Assembly: GCA_020184695.1 (NCBI GenBank)
Contig: JAANOX010000061.1
Span: 372,001-436,000, forward strand
DNA: 64,000 nt
Direction of reading: 5' to 3'
Source: Histomonas meleagridis 2922-C6/04-290x
Taxonomy: Eukaryota; Protista; Parabasalia
Shown: positions 44,257-56,501 of the stretch, piece after piece
Numbering within the stretch: the stretch's first letter is position 1
Layout of the letters: every line of letters starts with the position of its first letter
Position numbers and translations under genes: made by a program
Notes under the pieces: model-generated
Databases searched by the model: none
The model's input: the letters and a program-made list of their open reading frames with translations, nothing else
Told to the model about the DNA's origin: nothing

Positions 44257-45033
44257 ATTTTTATAATATATAAAATTTATAACGCAGTAATTGATTATAC
44301 GATTACTTTTTACGATGCTGAACATTACAATAGAATTGACGTAAACTTACCGTCACCGCCAACACGTCAAGCAAAAATGATTGTAACATCGTTAACGATC
44401 AAATGTTCTATTGTTGTTATTGAGAAAGATGATTTTATACAGATTAACGGTGAAAAATATCATTACAATAATGATTACACTGACTTAAACTCACAAACGT
44501 TTATATTACTGTTGAATTAATTAATTCAAGAATCAGGTGTTACGTCTGAAGTCGACGGAGCAGGAAGAATAGTATTTACTTCTTCAAATGCCTTTACAAT
44601 AAATAATGCTTCATATAATATAATTCAAATTTCAGGGTTATACTCACAAATTTATCTTATACCATCAACATTTAATGGTACAGATACATTTGATATATTC
44701 GCTGAATCAGTCGGAAATACTTTATCAACTCCAGTATTATATCTTTTGTCGAATGTTGGAAAAAGTTCTTATATAAATTTAAACGAAACCATTAACATCT
44801 CAAAAATTGTTCTTATAATTAATAACTCTTTTTCGGCAGATTTTCCAATTATTGTATCAAACGCTGATTTTGAAATTAACATAAATTCTAATGATTTGTC
44901 ACATATTCAATTAACACTCGTTGACGCAAACCTTCACGAAGTACATTTACTGAATTCAATGTATATAACTATTTCTGTTCAAGGAATGCCAGATGAAGAT
45001 TTATTTGTTGGTGAGATTCAAAATCAAAAATAA
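44257..45033 (+). pseudogene. Penton/minor-capsid-like protein with one in-frame stop
   Basis: Single frame broken only by TAA 44518-44520: RIDVNLPSPPTRQAKMIVTSL...STPVLYLLSNVG...LSHIQLTLVDANLHEVHLLNSMYITISV. Confidence 0.5.
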
Positions 45034-45041
45034 TTTTTATT

Positions 45042-45345
45042 TCATTTTTTTATTTTAGCTTTATCGGCAATTATTACTCTTCGTGCTTTAATGTGAATGC
45101 TAAAGGTTGCGTGTAAACTTTGAAGTTTAGAATAAACGGACCATGAATTATTTACGTCAAATATTGATGCAGGACTTTCTTTTATTAAGTCATAAAAATC
45201 ATCTTTTGAAATTCCATCAAACAGAACAATATCTGACAAAGTTCTTTTTATATCTTTTTATATACTTTTTGTTGTTTGCACACATATGATGACGTTAATA
45301 TTAAAGTGTCTGAGTTTTTTGAGTAATCTTGACATCTCCGTTTCT
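45042..45345 (-). pseudogene. A32/FtsK-HerA-like packaging ATPase C-terminal remnant
   Basis: EMSRLLKKLRHFNINVIICVQTTKSI*KDIKRTLSDIVLF shows the RH..I.I..Q arginine-finger/Q-sensor pattern; Walker A/B not found. Confidence 0.65.
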
Positions 45346-45589
45346 TTTCATTCACCATATACCGAAGAATTTTCGCGATAAATATTAATAGAATGGTATT
45401 CTTTTGGTGAACATCAACATGATTCAGTGACTACTGTAGATGATACATTAAAATATTATCAATATGTAGTTTTAATAAGAAATTTTATTCATTAATCAAA
45501 AAATTACCAGATAATATTAGAAATAAATATCTTAATATATATTCTGAAAATTCTATAGATTATATTATAAATATTAATAATAGTGATTA

Positions 45590-46085
45590 TACATATGAAA
45601 ATATCATAAGAAATCAATACGAAAAATATGATTATTATAAATTAATAAATGTGTCAAGAGGTGTCATTGGTATCGTTAAATCTAGGGTATATATCATAGA
45701 AATCAAAAATGAACAAATACATATTAGAGAATCATCTATCAAAAATATTCGTGAAGAATTTTCATTATACAAATTATCCAAAAATAATACAAAAAATAAC
45801 ATTATATAATATATGAACATTCTAATTGGTTTTAAGATGAATGATGCAAAAATAATGATCAAATATAATAATGACGATAATATTATTATTAATGTATTTC
45901 AAGGATTTAAATAAATCTGACAGTGATGATTTCACGATATTAGATTCATTATTAAATCATATAAAAATCATAGTATGTAATAATGATCAAAAATATCATC
46001 ATATCATGAAATGGTGGGCAAATATATTTCATAAAATAACTTTCAAAAATAGAACTATGCCAATTATCTATGGTGCTCGAGGTTC
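45590..46085 (+). pseudogene. D5-like (SF3) primase-helicase remnant
   Basis: INVFQGFK, then LLNHIKIIVCNN..YHHIMKWWANIF..MPIIYGARGS, truncated within Walker A. Confidence 0.65.
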
Positions 46086-47205
46086 TGATAATTTTAGACG
46101 ATATTCCATATAGATGGTGGAAAAACTCCAATAAAAAATCAGTTACTCCAAATAATATCCAAGCACTCCAACAGATGAATCCAGCAAACATAAAAAAAAA
46201 TAAGCTTCGAATAATGATTGGTCATTTAATGGATGCATTGATGATGAGTTTGAGAAGTACTTTAGTAATGCAAACGGATCGAATCGAAAGCACCGCCTCG
46301 GATGATAAACGGTCGTTTCAAAAACATGAAATCCGTTTTTCTTTTTAGTAAATATTTCCGATCTATCTATATGATGATAGTAATATATTTTAATGGTACG
46401 GCATTATTTTCAAAAAATCATTCTGAGTATCACATATTGGAGACCCAATTTCACATACAAATTTAAAAACAAATTTTTAAGTTCACACTCGCTTAAAATC
46501 AACAAAGAATAAAATAATTTATGATCAAGAGAGATCTATGAGATGTTTTTGAAATATGGAATCATTGTGATTACATTTGATATGAGCAAAATTTCGAAAA
46601 TCTGTCAAATCTGACAAAATCTTTAAAATTCGATAAATTTTGGATACAAGTATATAATTTTAAATAATATATAATATTCATTTCATTAATTAATTTCCAA
46701 AATTCGAGAGCTTCCATCTGTAATTAAATAGGTCACTCGGTGTCAGATAGGTAAAAAATTGAAAACTTTTGTCACTTTTCATTCAATTAATATCAAAAAT
46801 TTGGTCCACCCTTTTGAGGGTATAAAATTTAAATATCTTATCCTATAATTATTTATTCCTATTCCTTATTATAAAATAAAATAGTTGCCTATGTATGTAA
46901 TAAATATATTTTTACTATGATGGTAACTCAATTCCGTATTTTTAAAAAAAATTAAAATATTAACGTTATCACGAGGACGTTTATACTGATATCATTATAT
47001 AATAAAAATAATAATTTTTTTTCAAAAATATAATATTTATAAAATTTATTTTCACGTGCCATTATAATAATCAACTGTGCTTATTTGTTGTCAATATTCA
47101 ATGTTTTACATAATTTTTTGAATATGTAAAATTGGTGCAATTATGTCTGCATTAAAGATGTAGCATATCTTGAATATATATTCCTTCCAGCTTTACTGGA
47201 AAATC

Positions 47206-49239
47206 TCATTTGTGATGCTTGCATTTGCCCCTTAATTGAAACATCATTTTTTTCGTGAACATGTGCTCACTTTTGAGTATAGATATATGTTCATTATATA
47301 ATCTTTCACCTCCTTCAATTGGCAATTCATTTCGATTAAATGAATCATAATATGCAGAATCCCTTGGAAAACTCACTCCAGAATTTATATAAATTTTTTT
47401 GGCTGTGAATATGCATGATTGGATTAACTCAGGATGCAAAGGAATACAATTTGACTCGACTTTGGCAGATGAAAACAACCTTTGTCTTAATTTTACGTAA
47501 TAAAAATCTAACTTATTACATTTCGTTAAAACCATTTTTTATTGCATGGGTTGTTTGCTCTTTTCCGGACTCATACCTCAGAAGTGATAACAAATGTTCA
47601 GATGCAATGGTTCCTCGTTTAAAAACCAATTTGGCAAAATATATTAATTAAGATTTCGTGATGAATCTACAGTTACACGAGAAACACCATCAAGATCTAT
47701 TTTTTTTGGGAGTTATTTTCGTAATTTAATTATTCTTTTTTATTCACAGAAATCCTGGTTTTTGTGATTAATCTGGAACTGACCCTTTTCATGTGTGGGC
47801 AATCGTTTGTAAAAAATTTTTTGCTGATTGGTATATCAAATATATTCCCTTCATGATTTACAATATATTTTGACCATTCATCGAAAAAAGTAGCAAAATT
47901 ACTTTCATATGATGGATAAGCATCTGTTCCAATTCCTATGACTTCTATATTATATTTATTTATAATACTGGGGATTGTTTCTATCATTTTCAGAACATAG
48001 TCATCTGCCAATGAACTTGGACTTAGATAAATATGTGTTGGATAGGATTTGATATGAGATAATGGACATTCAGTAACAATAAAAATAAAATTTGCGATAT
48101 TCTTTCTCTGAAGCTGTAAGTTATATATTTTCGAGTACATCGACTAATCTCCACGAATATTTTCAAGTATATAAACTATTTTACTGTCAATCACACCATC
48201 TATTGCAACTTTATGATCAATATATATATCTTCATCAAGTTTCATGGCATAGATTGATAATGTACACTTTAAATCATTATATTCATACAAATTCCTCCAA
48301 AAATCTGAAATTCAATTTATATTTTCGACATTTTGAAACTCTTCAAAATGAGAAATTTTTTCATTTTGAAGCCAATTATAAATAGCAGATGCACTTGGCC
48401 CCTTCATATTAATTTGAAAAAAATTAATAACTTTTTGTCCAAAGTTATATCGTTATCGAAAAGTTTTTCAGTATTTCATCATATTTTGGTTTACGACGTA
48501 AATTTAAATCTGATTCTTGTATTATATGTGATAATATCGGAGTAAATTCTTTTCGAATTTAATCTTTTTTCATTTATGTCTCTTGCCTTTTTTTTCTCAT
48601 TTCTTCCATTTTTTCATTTTGTTTCTTTTGTTTGATAATTTCCTGGTTTGTTTTTTTGATATGAAATTTGATTTTGTGCCTCATTTTCTTCAAATGTTTG
48701 ATCATCAAAATTATTCGATAGCTCTTCTTGATAAGTAATATTATTGTGAAAATAATTACTATATATTTTATAATCATTTAATATTGAATCCCATTTTTTC
48801 ATCCTTTTTTAATTAGCTAAATCACTCTATAAATGATATAGATATGATGATATTGTATAGGGCCATTAAATAAACTTGAAAATAAAATAGAATCTTCGTA
48901 TTCTGTCCGATTTGTTCGAGCAAACCATTCTCTTAATTTCTTTGATTTTGTTTTGGTTGATAAGAATTTTTTTGATTCTTCTTTGAGATAACAATACCAA
49001 ATTCCTGATTGCATAAACCCAATTAGAGATAAAGCTTTTGGTAAATCAAAAATTAAACCTTGATCATATAGTTGAAATGCAAAAATTAATGCAAATTCAA
49101 AAGTAACAGGAACGGAACAAAATTTGTCTTTGTTCCTTTTGAATATTACGAATCGTTGAGTTGGAGTAAAAGAAAATTCATTAAAATCGATCATGTGTAT
49201 TTGCATTTCCAAAATTGGTTTTCTAACGAATTTATGCAC
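47206..49239 (-). mobile_element. Degraded P-element/THAP9-like DDE transposase
   Basis: Fragments CTLSIYAMKLDEDIYID (mutated first-D region), VIGIGTDA, FTNDCPHMKR (DxxH) and IASEHLLSLLRYESG (E region); no TIRs identified. Confidence 0.55.
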
Positions 49240-49519
49240 TTTTTTTCGAAATTTAATAGTTTATTATATCGTTCAATTTAAAAACATATTACACTAAAAA
49301 TATTCCAACGAAAAATTAATTTTATCTTAACATTTTTATTCAAAAAAAGATTAACTTTATACATTCTATATGATATTATATTATGAACTAAATCTACAAG
49401 AAAAGGCCATCCTAGGCGGTCCTAATCGAATAATAGAAATTCTGGATCAAACACTCAATTAAGATCTTAATTTTTATTCAAAAGTTTTCATAATATATTG
49501 AATATTTATATTTAAAAAG

Positions 49520-50704
49520 TTGATAGATTTAAGCGATTACCCAACTTTTTTTTATGCACAAGATTTTTTGAATAATTTACTTAATCTAACAGAAACAAAG
49601 ACGAAGACAACATTTCTACAGACGGAATTGAAACATCTTAAAGGGATTCACCAGAAAATAATCAATTTTTCTAGCCCACCACTTCTTTTTTTAATCATGT
49701 TTTGTTTTATGTATCAATTTTTTTCAATCGATTTTAGCAGGGATAATATTTTATCATTTCTGTGCACCAATAAAAACAGCTTTTTTAATATATGCAAAAT
49801 TGGAGAGAACAAAGGAAAAAAGAAAAACATTGCTTATGTTTCATCTTTTTATTATTTTCCTGAATCAAAACTTCAAAGACATCCAACAAAATACTATACT
49901 GAAAGCTTTATCAAACTTCTAAAAATGATATCAGAAGAAGCTGATTTTTATCTTTATACTAATGAATTTGGATTAGAAATACTTCAACTAAACACAAGTA
50001 TACGATCTCTTTACATTAACTTTACGTATAAATCACCGTATGACATTTGTAATATTCAAAAATACATAAAGCAATATGTTCAAATTGCACAAAAATACAA
50101 TTCAAAAAAAATTATTATAAGTGAAAACCTTGGCTCCATATGGAATTCCAAAATATGCTTACTTGAAGATGTAAGTAATTTTCCGTATGATTATAAATAC
50201 ATATTTTGGATTGATGTCGGGATAAATAAAAAGACGAATTTCACAGGACTTCAAATACCATATCAAAAACGCGTTGAGAAAATATTTGAAACACATCCAC
50301 AATTTTTATTCGAACTTAATGAAATACAATATCTTTCCGGCAAAGAATATGAGCCACTAAAAGAACTTGATCCGAATTTTGCTAATGTTGTAATTGGCGG
50401 ATTTTTTGGTGGTCGAAGAGAATCCATTAAAAAAACAAAAGAATTTTTCTTTAAAGTTCACGACTTATACCTTTCACAAGGTAAAAACGTTGTCAGAGAG
50501 GAAAATGTTTTTAATGCATTGTTTATGTATTATCCAGATTACTTTATGGGATTGTACATAAAGTCTAAATGCTATAAGTGGGACGGTGGAATTTCGTTCG
50601 TTTCGAATATAAACAGATGCGAATTAAATAATCAATTAATTTTCACCAGAGTTGAAAACAATAAATTCGTATTAAAGAAAGAGAATTTGGGAAGATGGTT
50701 ATAA
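49520..50704 (+). CDS. HtrL/YibB (WlaTC)-like glycosyltransferase-family protein with N-terminal membrane anchor
   Basis: IWNSKICLL, YIFWIDVG, VIGGFFGG and EENVF motifs; hydrophobic anchor; first ATG about 49697. Confidence 0.65.
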   Translation: MIDLSDYPTFFYAQDFLNNLLNLTETKTKTTFLQTELKHLKGIHQKIINFSSPPLLFLIMFCFMYQFFSIDFSRDNILSFLCTNKNSFFNICKIGENKGKKKNIAYVSSFYYFPESKLQRHPTKYYTESFIKLLKMISEEADFYLYTNEFGLEILQLNTSIRSLYINFTYKSPYDICNIQKYIKQYVQIAQKYNSKKIIISENLGSIWNSKICLLEDVSNFPYDYKYIFWIDVGINKKTNFTGLQIPYQKRVEKIFETHPQFLFELNEIQYLSGKEYEPLKELDPNFANVVIGGFFGGRRESIKKTKEFFFKVHDLYLSQGKNVVREENVFNALFMYYPDYFMGLYIKSKCYKWDGGISFVSNINRCELNNQLIFTRVENNKFVLKKENLGRWL

Positions 50705-51850
50705 ATAAAGAGAGAGGTAGTCAACTTGGTGTTACTTTTTGATGCTTTTTTATCTATGTTTTTTAATGTATAGATTAGATTAATGATATTGAAATTTTAA
50801 AATAAAAATATTTTTCTAAATTGATATTATCTCATTTTAAATTTAATTTTTTGATGATTTAATATTAATTTATTTTCTTCCTTTATATAAACTATATTTG
50901 TTTTGTAAATTCTCGTGGCACATTGATATACTCATTTAAAATGATATTTTTCTTTCCTTTTTTGTTCATTATATTGATCATCTTGTCTAAATTGATAATA
51001 ATATTATATTAAGCTTCTTTATTTATAAATTTATTCGCACCCTAATATTACCTCTACTCAACTCTTCATATTTGAAGAAATTTTGTTTTATTTTTATATT
51101 ATAATCATTTGATTACATCAAATTCTTTGTCTTTAGCTCGACATAGTTTAGGAAATCTTAAATCAGGGAAATAATAATGAACTGTATTATCATTAACGGC
51201 AAAAGTCTTTTGGGACCTTTCTATTAATTTGTCGACATTCATACCATAGTGTTGGTGCAAGAAATAAACTCTATCAAGCGGACCATGAAAAGATCCACAA
51301 AGCTCTAGAGCTAGATATCTTGTTTTTTATAAGAAATTTTATGGATAAATTAAGGGCAATTGCTTAACGTAATTATTCATTCAAAAAGTTGGGAACACCG
51401 TTTATTTATGAAACGATAAACGATAGAGCTTTTTGAACTGAAAATCATCTTCCAGTAACAACGGTTATATTTACGATAGGGAAAATTGAATGTATGAAAC
51501 CGTCATGATCGTCGTTGTAAGAAAATAACCGCCAGTATTTAGAATCATTATATCGTTTTTTTACAACCAAATCCGGTGAACATTTCAATTCAGAAAAACG
51601 CCAAAAAAAAATGCGGATCAGCATTTAACAAGTCAATTGTTCCCTAAACAATGAATTTCAGATATTATTCGATATAATATTAAGTAGTATACCAGTTACA
51701 AATAAAAAACAACAAAGAATATCATATATTTTTTTCATCAAAATAAGCACAAAAGAAGAACTCAATTCAATATTGAGATGAGTTTTTCGGTTTTAAAATG
51801 TCGCCATTGAAATCCTATCGTTCATCACAAAGCATTTTTATAACATATAT

Positions 51851-52585
51851 TTATTGACAAGAAAATGGAACGCATTGCTTTGATTCTGTGGCAAGGACAT
51901 CAAAAGCACATTGAAATTCTTTTGGATAACTGCTTTTTAGCTCTGAAATCCATTCTTTTGCTTTCTCGGGAAGATCTTTTCCCTGATACGAATGAAGCAT
52001 TGAAGCAGCAGCAGATATTATTGGTGGAATACTAAGATAGTATTCACTTCTTATTAACAAACATAGATCTCTGAGAACACAATTAAAATAATTATCAGAA
52101 TTTGCAATATTATCGTTTTCAATCTCTGCAAAAACAGATCTGTTCTCATTAAAATGTTTAAAAGGTGAATCTATATTCAGATTCCATCTGATTAAATTCA
52201 AAAAAAGTATTTCATAATGACAAATAAGTCGTGCTTCATCGTCTGTTACAGATGGGTCGTTATAGTTTCTGTTTCCAAGGGTTTGAATGATTGCTTGAGC
52301 CCCGACTTTTTTCTGAACTTGTAATATGCATTTGAAAAATTCACGAAATATCATGGCTAAAGGACGCCAAGTATCTTCTATTTTACATGACAAAAACAAA
52401 GCAGAAATAACGAGTAAGTATAAATCTGCTGGTTCTCTTTCTGGATCTGCATAATATTTATGAAGTAAATAAAATGCAGAAGTAATACATGGAGAAATTG
52501 CTAACTTGAGTCCACGCCTTGAAAAGGTGATTATACACCAAGTAATTTTTCTTTCGTCTTCTGTCCAAAAGCGTGGTTCTTCCAT
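51851..52585 (-). CDS. Transcription-type cyclin (cyclin K/L/T-like)
   Basis: Cyclin box TSAFYLLHKYY..YLLVISALFLSCKIED..E.LFLNLIRWNL...P. Confidence 0.8.
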   Translation of the reverse strand: MEEPRFWTEDERKITWCIITFSRRGLKLAISPCITSAFYLLHKYYADPEREPADLYLLVISALFLSCKIEDTWRPLAMIFREFFKCILQVQKKVGAQAIIQTLGNRNYNDPSVTDDEARLICHYEILFLNLIRWNLNIDSPFKHFNENRSVFAEIENDNIANSDNYFNCVLRDLCLLIRSEYYLSIPPIISAAASMLHSYQGKDLPEKAKEWISELKSSYPKEFQCAFDVLATESKQCVPFSCQ

Positions 52586-52721
52586 TGCAGCACGAAAAAC
52601 GCTACAAAAAGTGCAATTCTGTGGTCAAATGAACGTTAAACGCACGTTAAAGTTTGTATGTTTTACACGCAACCACTTTTCAAATAACAATTCTGTGTAA
52701 ACCGATCAATGAAAGTTTTGT

Positions 52722-53804
52722 TTATTCTTTTCTAATCACTTCTTTTAGTGCAGAGATAAGCTTTTCAGCATACTCCATCTTAGCTTGGGATCCCATATGC
52801 CCGATTCTAAAAATCTTTCCAGCCAAATCACCGAAAGTTCCACCTATTACAATCCCTCTTTTTCTTAATTCTTTATCAAGTTCTTCAAATTTCATATTAT
52901 CTGGTAAATATACGGCTGTTACTGTTGGCGAGTTTAGCTCTTCACGCACTGGATATAATTTTAATCCGATTTTCTTAACTTCTTCACGAGTATATTTCGC
53001 AACATCATTATGCCTTTTAAAGACTGCTTCAAGACCTTCGCTAAAAAGCATGTCAAGTGATGTATTTAATGCTGCTAATGCATGCCAATTTGGTGTATAC
53101 GGAAAATATTTGTTTTGAAGTGCATCACGAAATGGGAAGAGTGCATCGTATCCTTTGTAGTTGACTTCCTCAATGCGCTTCCATGCTTTGGAACTGACAC
53201 TGCATATGCCCAAATCAGGAAGACATGAAAGACATTTCTGTGTACCTAAAAGGCCGAGATCTATGTTCCACTCGTCAACAAAAATCGGAATTCCACCACC
53301 ACATGATACGAAATCAACGCAAAAAAGCGCATTAACTTGTTTGGAAATTTGTGATATTTTTGATATAGGATTGAGAATACCTGAGGGAGTCTCGCATAGA
53401 ACAAATGTAATGAGGTCTGGTTTGAAATTAAGTGCTGAGTTTAATATTTCATCATCGGAAGGACAATCTCCTTCTTTGCCTTTAATAAGTTGAACTTGGC
53501 ACTGAAGTGATTCTGCCATCTCAGCAAAGCCATCGCCAAATAGGCCACTAGAAATTACAAGAACACGGTCATTGGGTTTTAAGGTGCTCTTGAGTGCGCC
53601 CCAGAGAACAACCATACCTTCTCCAGACATAATTGCCATTTGATTGGATGTGTTTAGAAGCTTACGAAGTTTATTTTGAACATTTGAATATAATTGAAAA
53701 TAATCTTCTTCTAAGTCAGCACTCCCATAATTTGTGAGATATGCGTTCCTAATTGATAGTGGAACAGAGGTTGGTCCTGGAATAAAAGGTATTTGATATT
53801 CCAT
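52722..53804 (-). CDS. Class V PLP aminotransferase (alanine-glyoxylate/serine-pyruvate-like)
   Basis: ATG at 53804 (MEYQIPFIPGPT); CETPSG, CVDFVS, GTQKCL (PLP lysine), FRIGHMG. Confidence 0.9.
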   Translation of the reverse strand: MEYQIPFIPGPTSVPLSIRNAYLTNYGSADLEEDYFQLYSNVQNKLRKLLNTSNQMAIMSGEGMVVLWGALKSTLKPNDRVLVISSGLFGDGFAEMAESLQCQVQLIKGKEGDCPSDDEILNSALNFKPDLITFVLCETPSGILNPISKISQISKQVNALFCVDFVSCGGGIPIFVDEWNIDLGLLGTQKCLSCLPDLGICSVSSKAWKRIEEVNYKGYDALFPFRDALQNKYFPYTPNWHALAALNTSLDMLFSEGLEAVFKRHNDVAKYTREEVKKIGLKLYPVREELNSPTVTAVYLPDNMKFEELDKELRKRGIVIGGTFGDLAGKIFRIGHMGSQAKMEYAEKLISALKEVIRKE

Positions 53805-53935
53805 AGTAAATAAAAGAATTTGGTGAGGCCAAATAAAATCTCTCAGACAGAACCCACAGAAATATTGAATATGAACTCCCATTGAAAAAATATTATTTAC
53901 ATTCAAATATAATGTTGAAAAATAACAATTAGTCA

Positions 53936-54006
53936 GCATCGCTGGTCTAATGGTAGAATTTCAGCTTGCCAAGCTGGGGGTCCGGGTCCGATTCCCGGGC
54001 GATGCA
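53936..54006 (+). tRNA. tRNA-Gly (anticodon GCC)
   Basis: Acceptor GCATCGC/GCGATGC plus A; anticodon arm TCAGC-TTGCCAA-GCTGG; T arm. Confidence 0.95.
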
Positions 54007-54548
54007 TTTTTTCATTAAATTTTTTTTCTGATGATAATACATCTGTTAATTGAAATGATAATGAAATAAATAACATCAAAATATTGTAAAAAATATTTAA
54101 AATCAAGTAATTGAGAGATATTGGAGGAATTTTGAGAAAAAATTCAATTGTAAATTACAAGATAACATCATAACATCAACATATTATTCATTAAATTTAA
54201 GATATATATATATATACTTATGTTATTAATTTAATGAAAGAGAATTATATTTAAATATAAATAATAATAATAATAAAAATATATTTGAACAGGTTTTTCA
54301 TGTTCCAACTTTTTGATCGTATTTTCTTGTTATAAACATTTTTATCTCCAAATCAAATAATAATTTACTAAAATAATATGGTAACATCAATTGGAATTAT
54401 TAAGTTGTTTATTATATTTTAAAAAATTTCTAAATATTATCTTGACACATCAAATTTTTATAATAAGTATCATTTAAAGTAAATATAAATCTTTTGAATT
54501 AATATCATTTATATTTTTTGTTGATCCAAACTTATTAGCTTCTTCCAA

Positions 54549-56501
54549 TTATTTTTGTTCAAGTAATTGAACTATTTCTGTATGACCATTTGCAGATGCA
54601 TATAAAAGTGCTGTCCAAAATAATTTAAATAATTTCCAGTTATTATTTTGAAATCCAAAATTATTAATATAAATTTTGTTTTTAGCATTAATATCAATTC
54701 CTTCTTGTTCAAGAAGTAATTTAACTATTTCTGTATGACCATTTTCAGATGCTATAATATGTGGAGTTTCAAATAACTTATTTAAATTCCGAATATTGTT
54801 TTTAAATAATAAATTGTTGAAATATATATTAAATAAAATAAATAAACATCTTTAACATTAATATCAATTTTTTCTTGTTCAAGAAGTAATTTAACCATTT
54901 CGATGTGATTTTTTTCAGTTCCAAAATATAATATCGATTTAAATATTGAAAATAATTACCTAATATATATTTAAAATATCAATTCATTATAACAAACATA
55001 AAATAAACACAAATAATGTTTTTATAATTAATGATTTCTTCTTTTTTAAGAAGTATTTTAAATATTTCAGTTTGATCATTTCGCGATGACTGTGAAAATG
55101 ATGTTCTAAATAATTTAATAAAATTCCAAATATTATTTCAAAATATCAAAACGTTAAAACATATTTTAATACAAACAAATTAATATTTTTAGCATTAATA
55201 TCAATCCCTTCTTGTTTAATAATATATTGAACAAGTTCAATATTTCCTGATTCTGATGCAAAAACTAATATGTTTTTCGGAATTTGATTATGCTCAAGAA
55301 AATATTTGACAAGATATAAATTACCTGTTTTCGCTGATACATTAATTATATATTCATCAAATTTGATTTCTTCTTCTAAAAATGAAAGAATTTCAGAATT
55401 ACCAATATTAATACATTGATAAATTTGTTCTTGGAATTTAATATCAGTTAATGTTTGCGTGTTATTTATATAATATCCAAAGTTTTTAAATGGAATTTTG
55501 TTTGTAATTACATATGTTAATAAATGTTGTTGATTGTTTTGATCTAGTTTTTCGATTTTGTTTTCATAAATATATTTAAAGATATCATTTCGATGAAATT
55601 TAATTGCTATTTCATAAACATCGTCAAATCTCGAGTGATTTTGTTCACATAAATAAATAATTTCAAGATTTCCACTTGCAATTGCATATTTACCTGTGTT
55701 TTCGACTTTTGCATTATTCATTAATAAATATTTAAAACATTGAATTGCTCCAAAAAATGCTGCAAAATCAATTAATGTAACATTTTCTTTGTTAATAAAT
55801 GAATATCGTTCATAAAGTGATGGTTTAATGGTTTGATTAAAATCAAAATCTTCTTGTGTTGATATTTCTTGAAGTTTCTCTATATCATCATTTCGAATGA
55901 TTTTTGATATTTCATTCGGATTAACTCCTTCTTTAACGAATTGCTTATGAAGTTCCCAATCATTCTTTGATAATTTTTCATAATTATTTTTAAATTCTTT
56001 ATTTAATGGATCTTTAGATTCGTTTTTCTTGTTTTCTTCTTCAGTTTTATAATGTGAAAAATAATTGGTATGAAAGTTATTGGTAATATTTATATTAATT
56101 AATTCGTTTTCAATCATTTTTTCAATGATATAATATGTCTCTTGTGTATTAAATTCTGATATATAATTAGTAAAAATTTCAATAATTTTTGGATTGTTGT
56201 GAACAATTGCTTCTTCTTGTGTTTGAATTTCTTGTAAAAAATTGAAATATGTTCGGATTGATTCTCTTTGAGATGAAAATGCTGAATAAATTAAAACAAT
56301 TATACAATAATTAAATGTAAAAGGAAAATCTTTATCAAATAAATTCATTGTTTTTGCAACAGAAATTTCAAAGTTTTTTTCTGTAAGATTAAATATAACC
56401 TGTTCTAAAGAAATCAAATTTTGCATATGTACAGATTGGTTATTAATTGATGTATTATTTGCTTCATTTTCTGATTCAAGTGTTTGTATGCTTTCAGTCA
56501 T
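54549..56501 (-). CDS. DUF3447-type plus ankyrin gene with four spacer-interrupted modules
   Basis: Paralogue of the 35000-36205 ORF; spacers of 77 (55108-55184), 77 (54941-55017), 77 (54771-54847) and 60 nt (54618-54677). Confidence 0.8.

Noticed and set aside
46070-46348. IILDDI as Walker B of the D5-like helicase
   Set aside because: It follows the truncated Walker A too closely, and the downstream sequence shows no SF3 motifs.
46968-46978. ATCACGAGGAC 11-mer shared with the hairpin arm (43378-43388)
   Set aside because: A single short match with no extension; chance cannot be excluded.
51100-51330. Short open minus-strand frame (RYLALELCGSFHGPLDRVYF...)
   Set aside because: It looks like a gene remnant, but no start or family could be supported.
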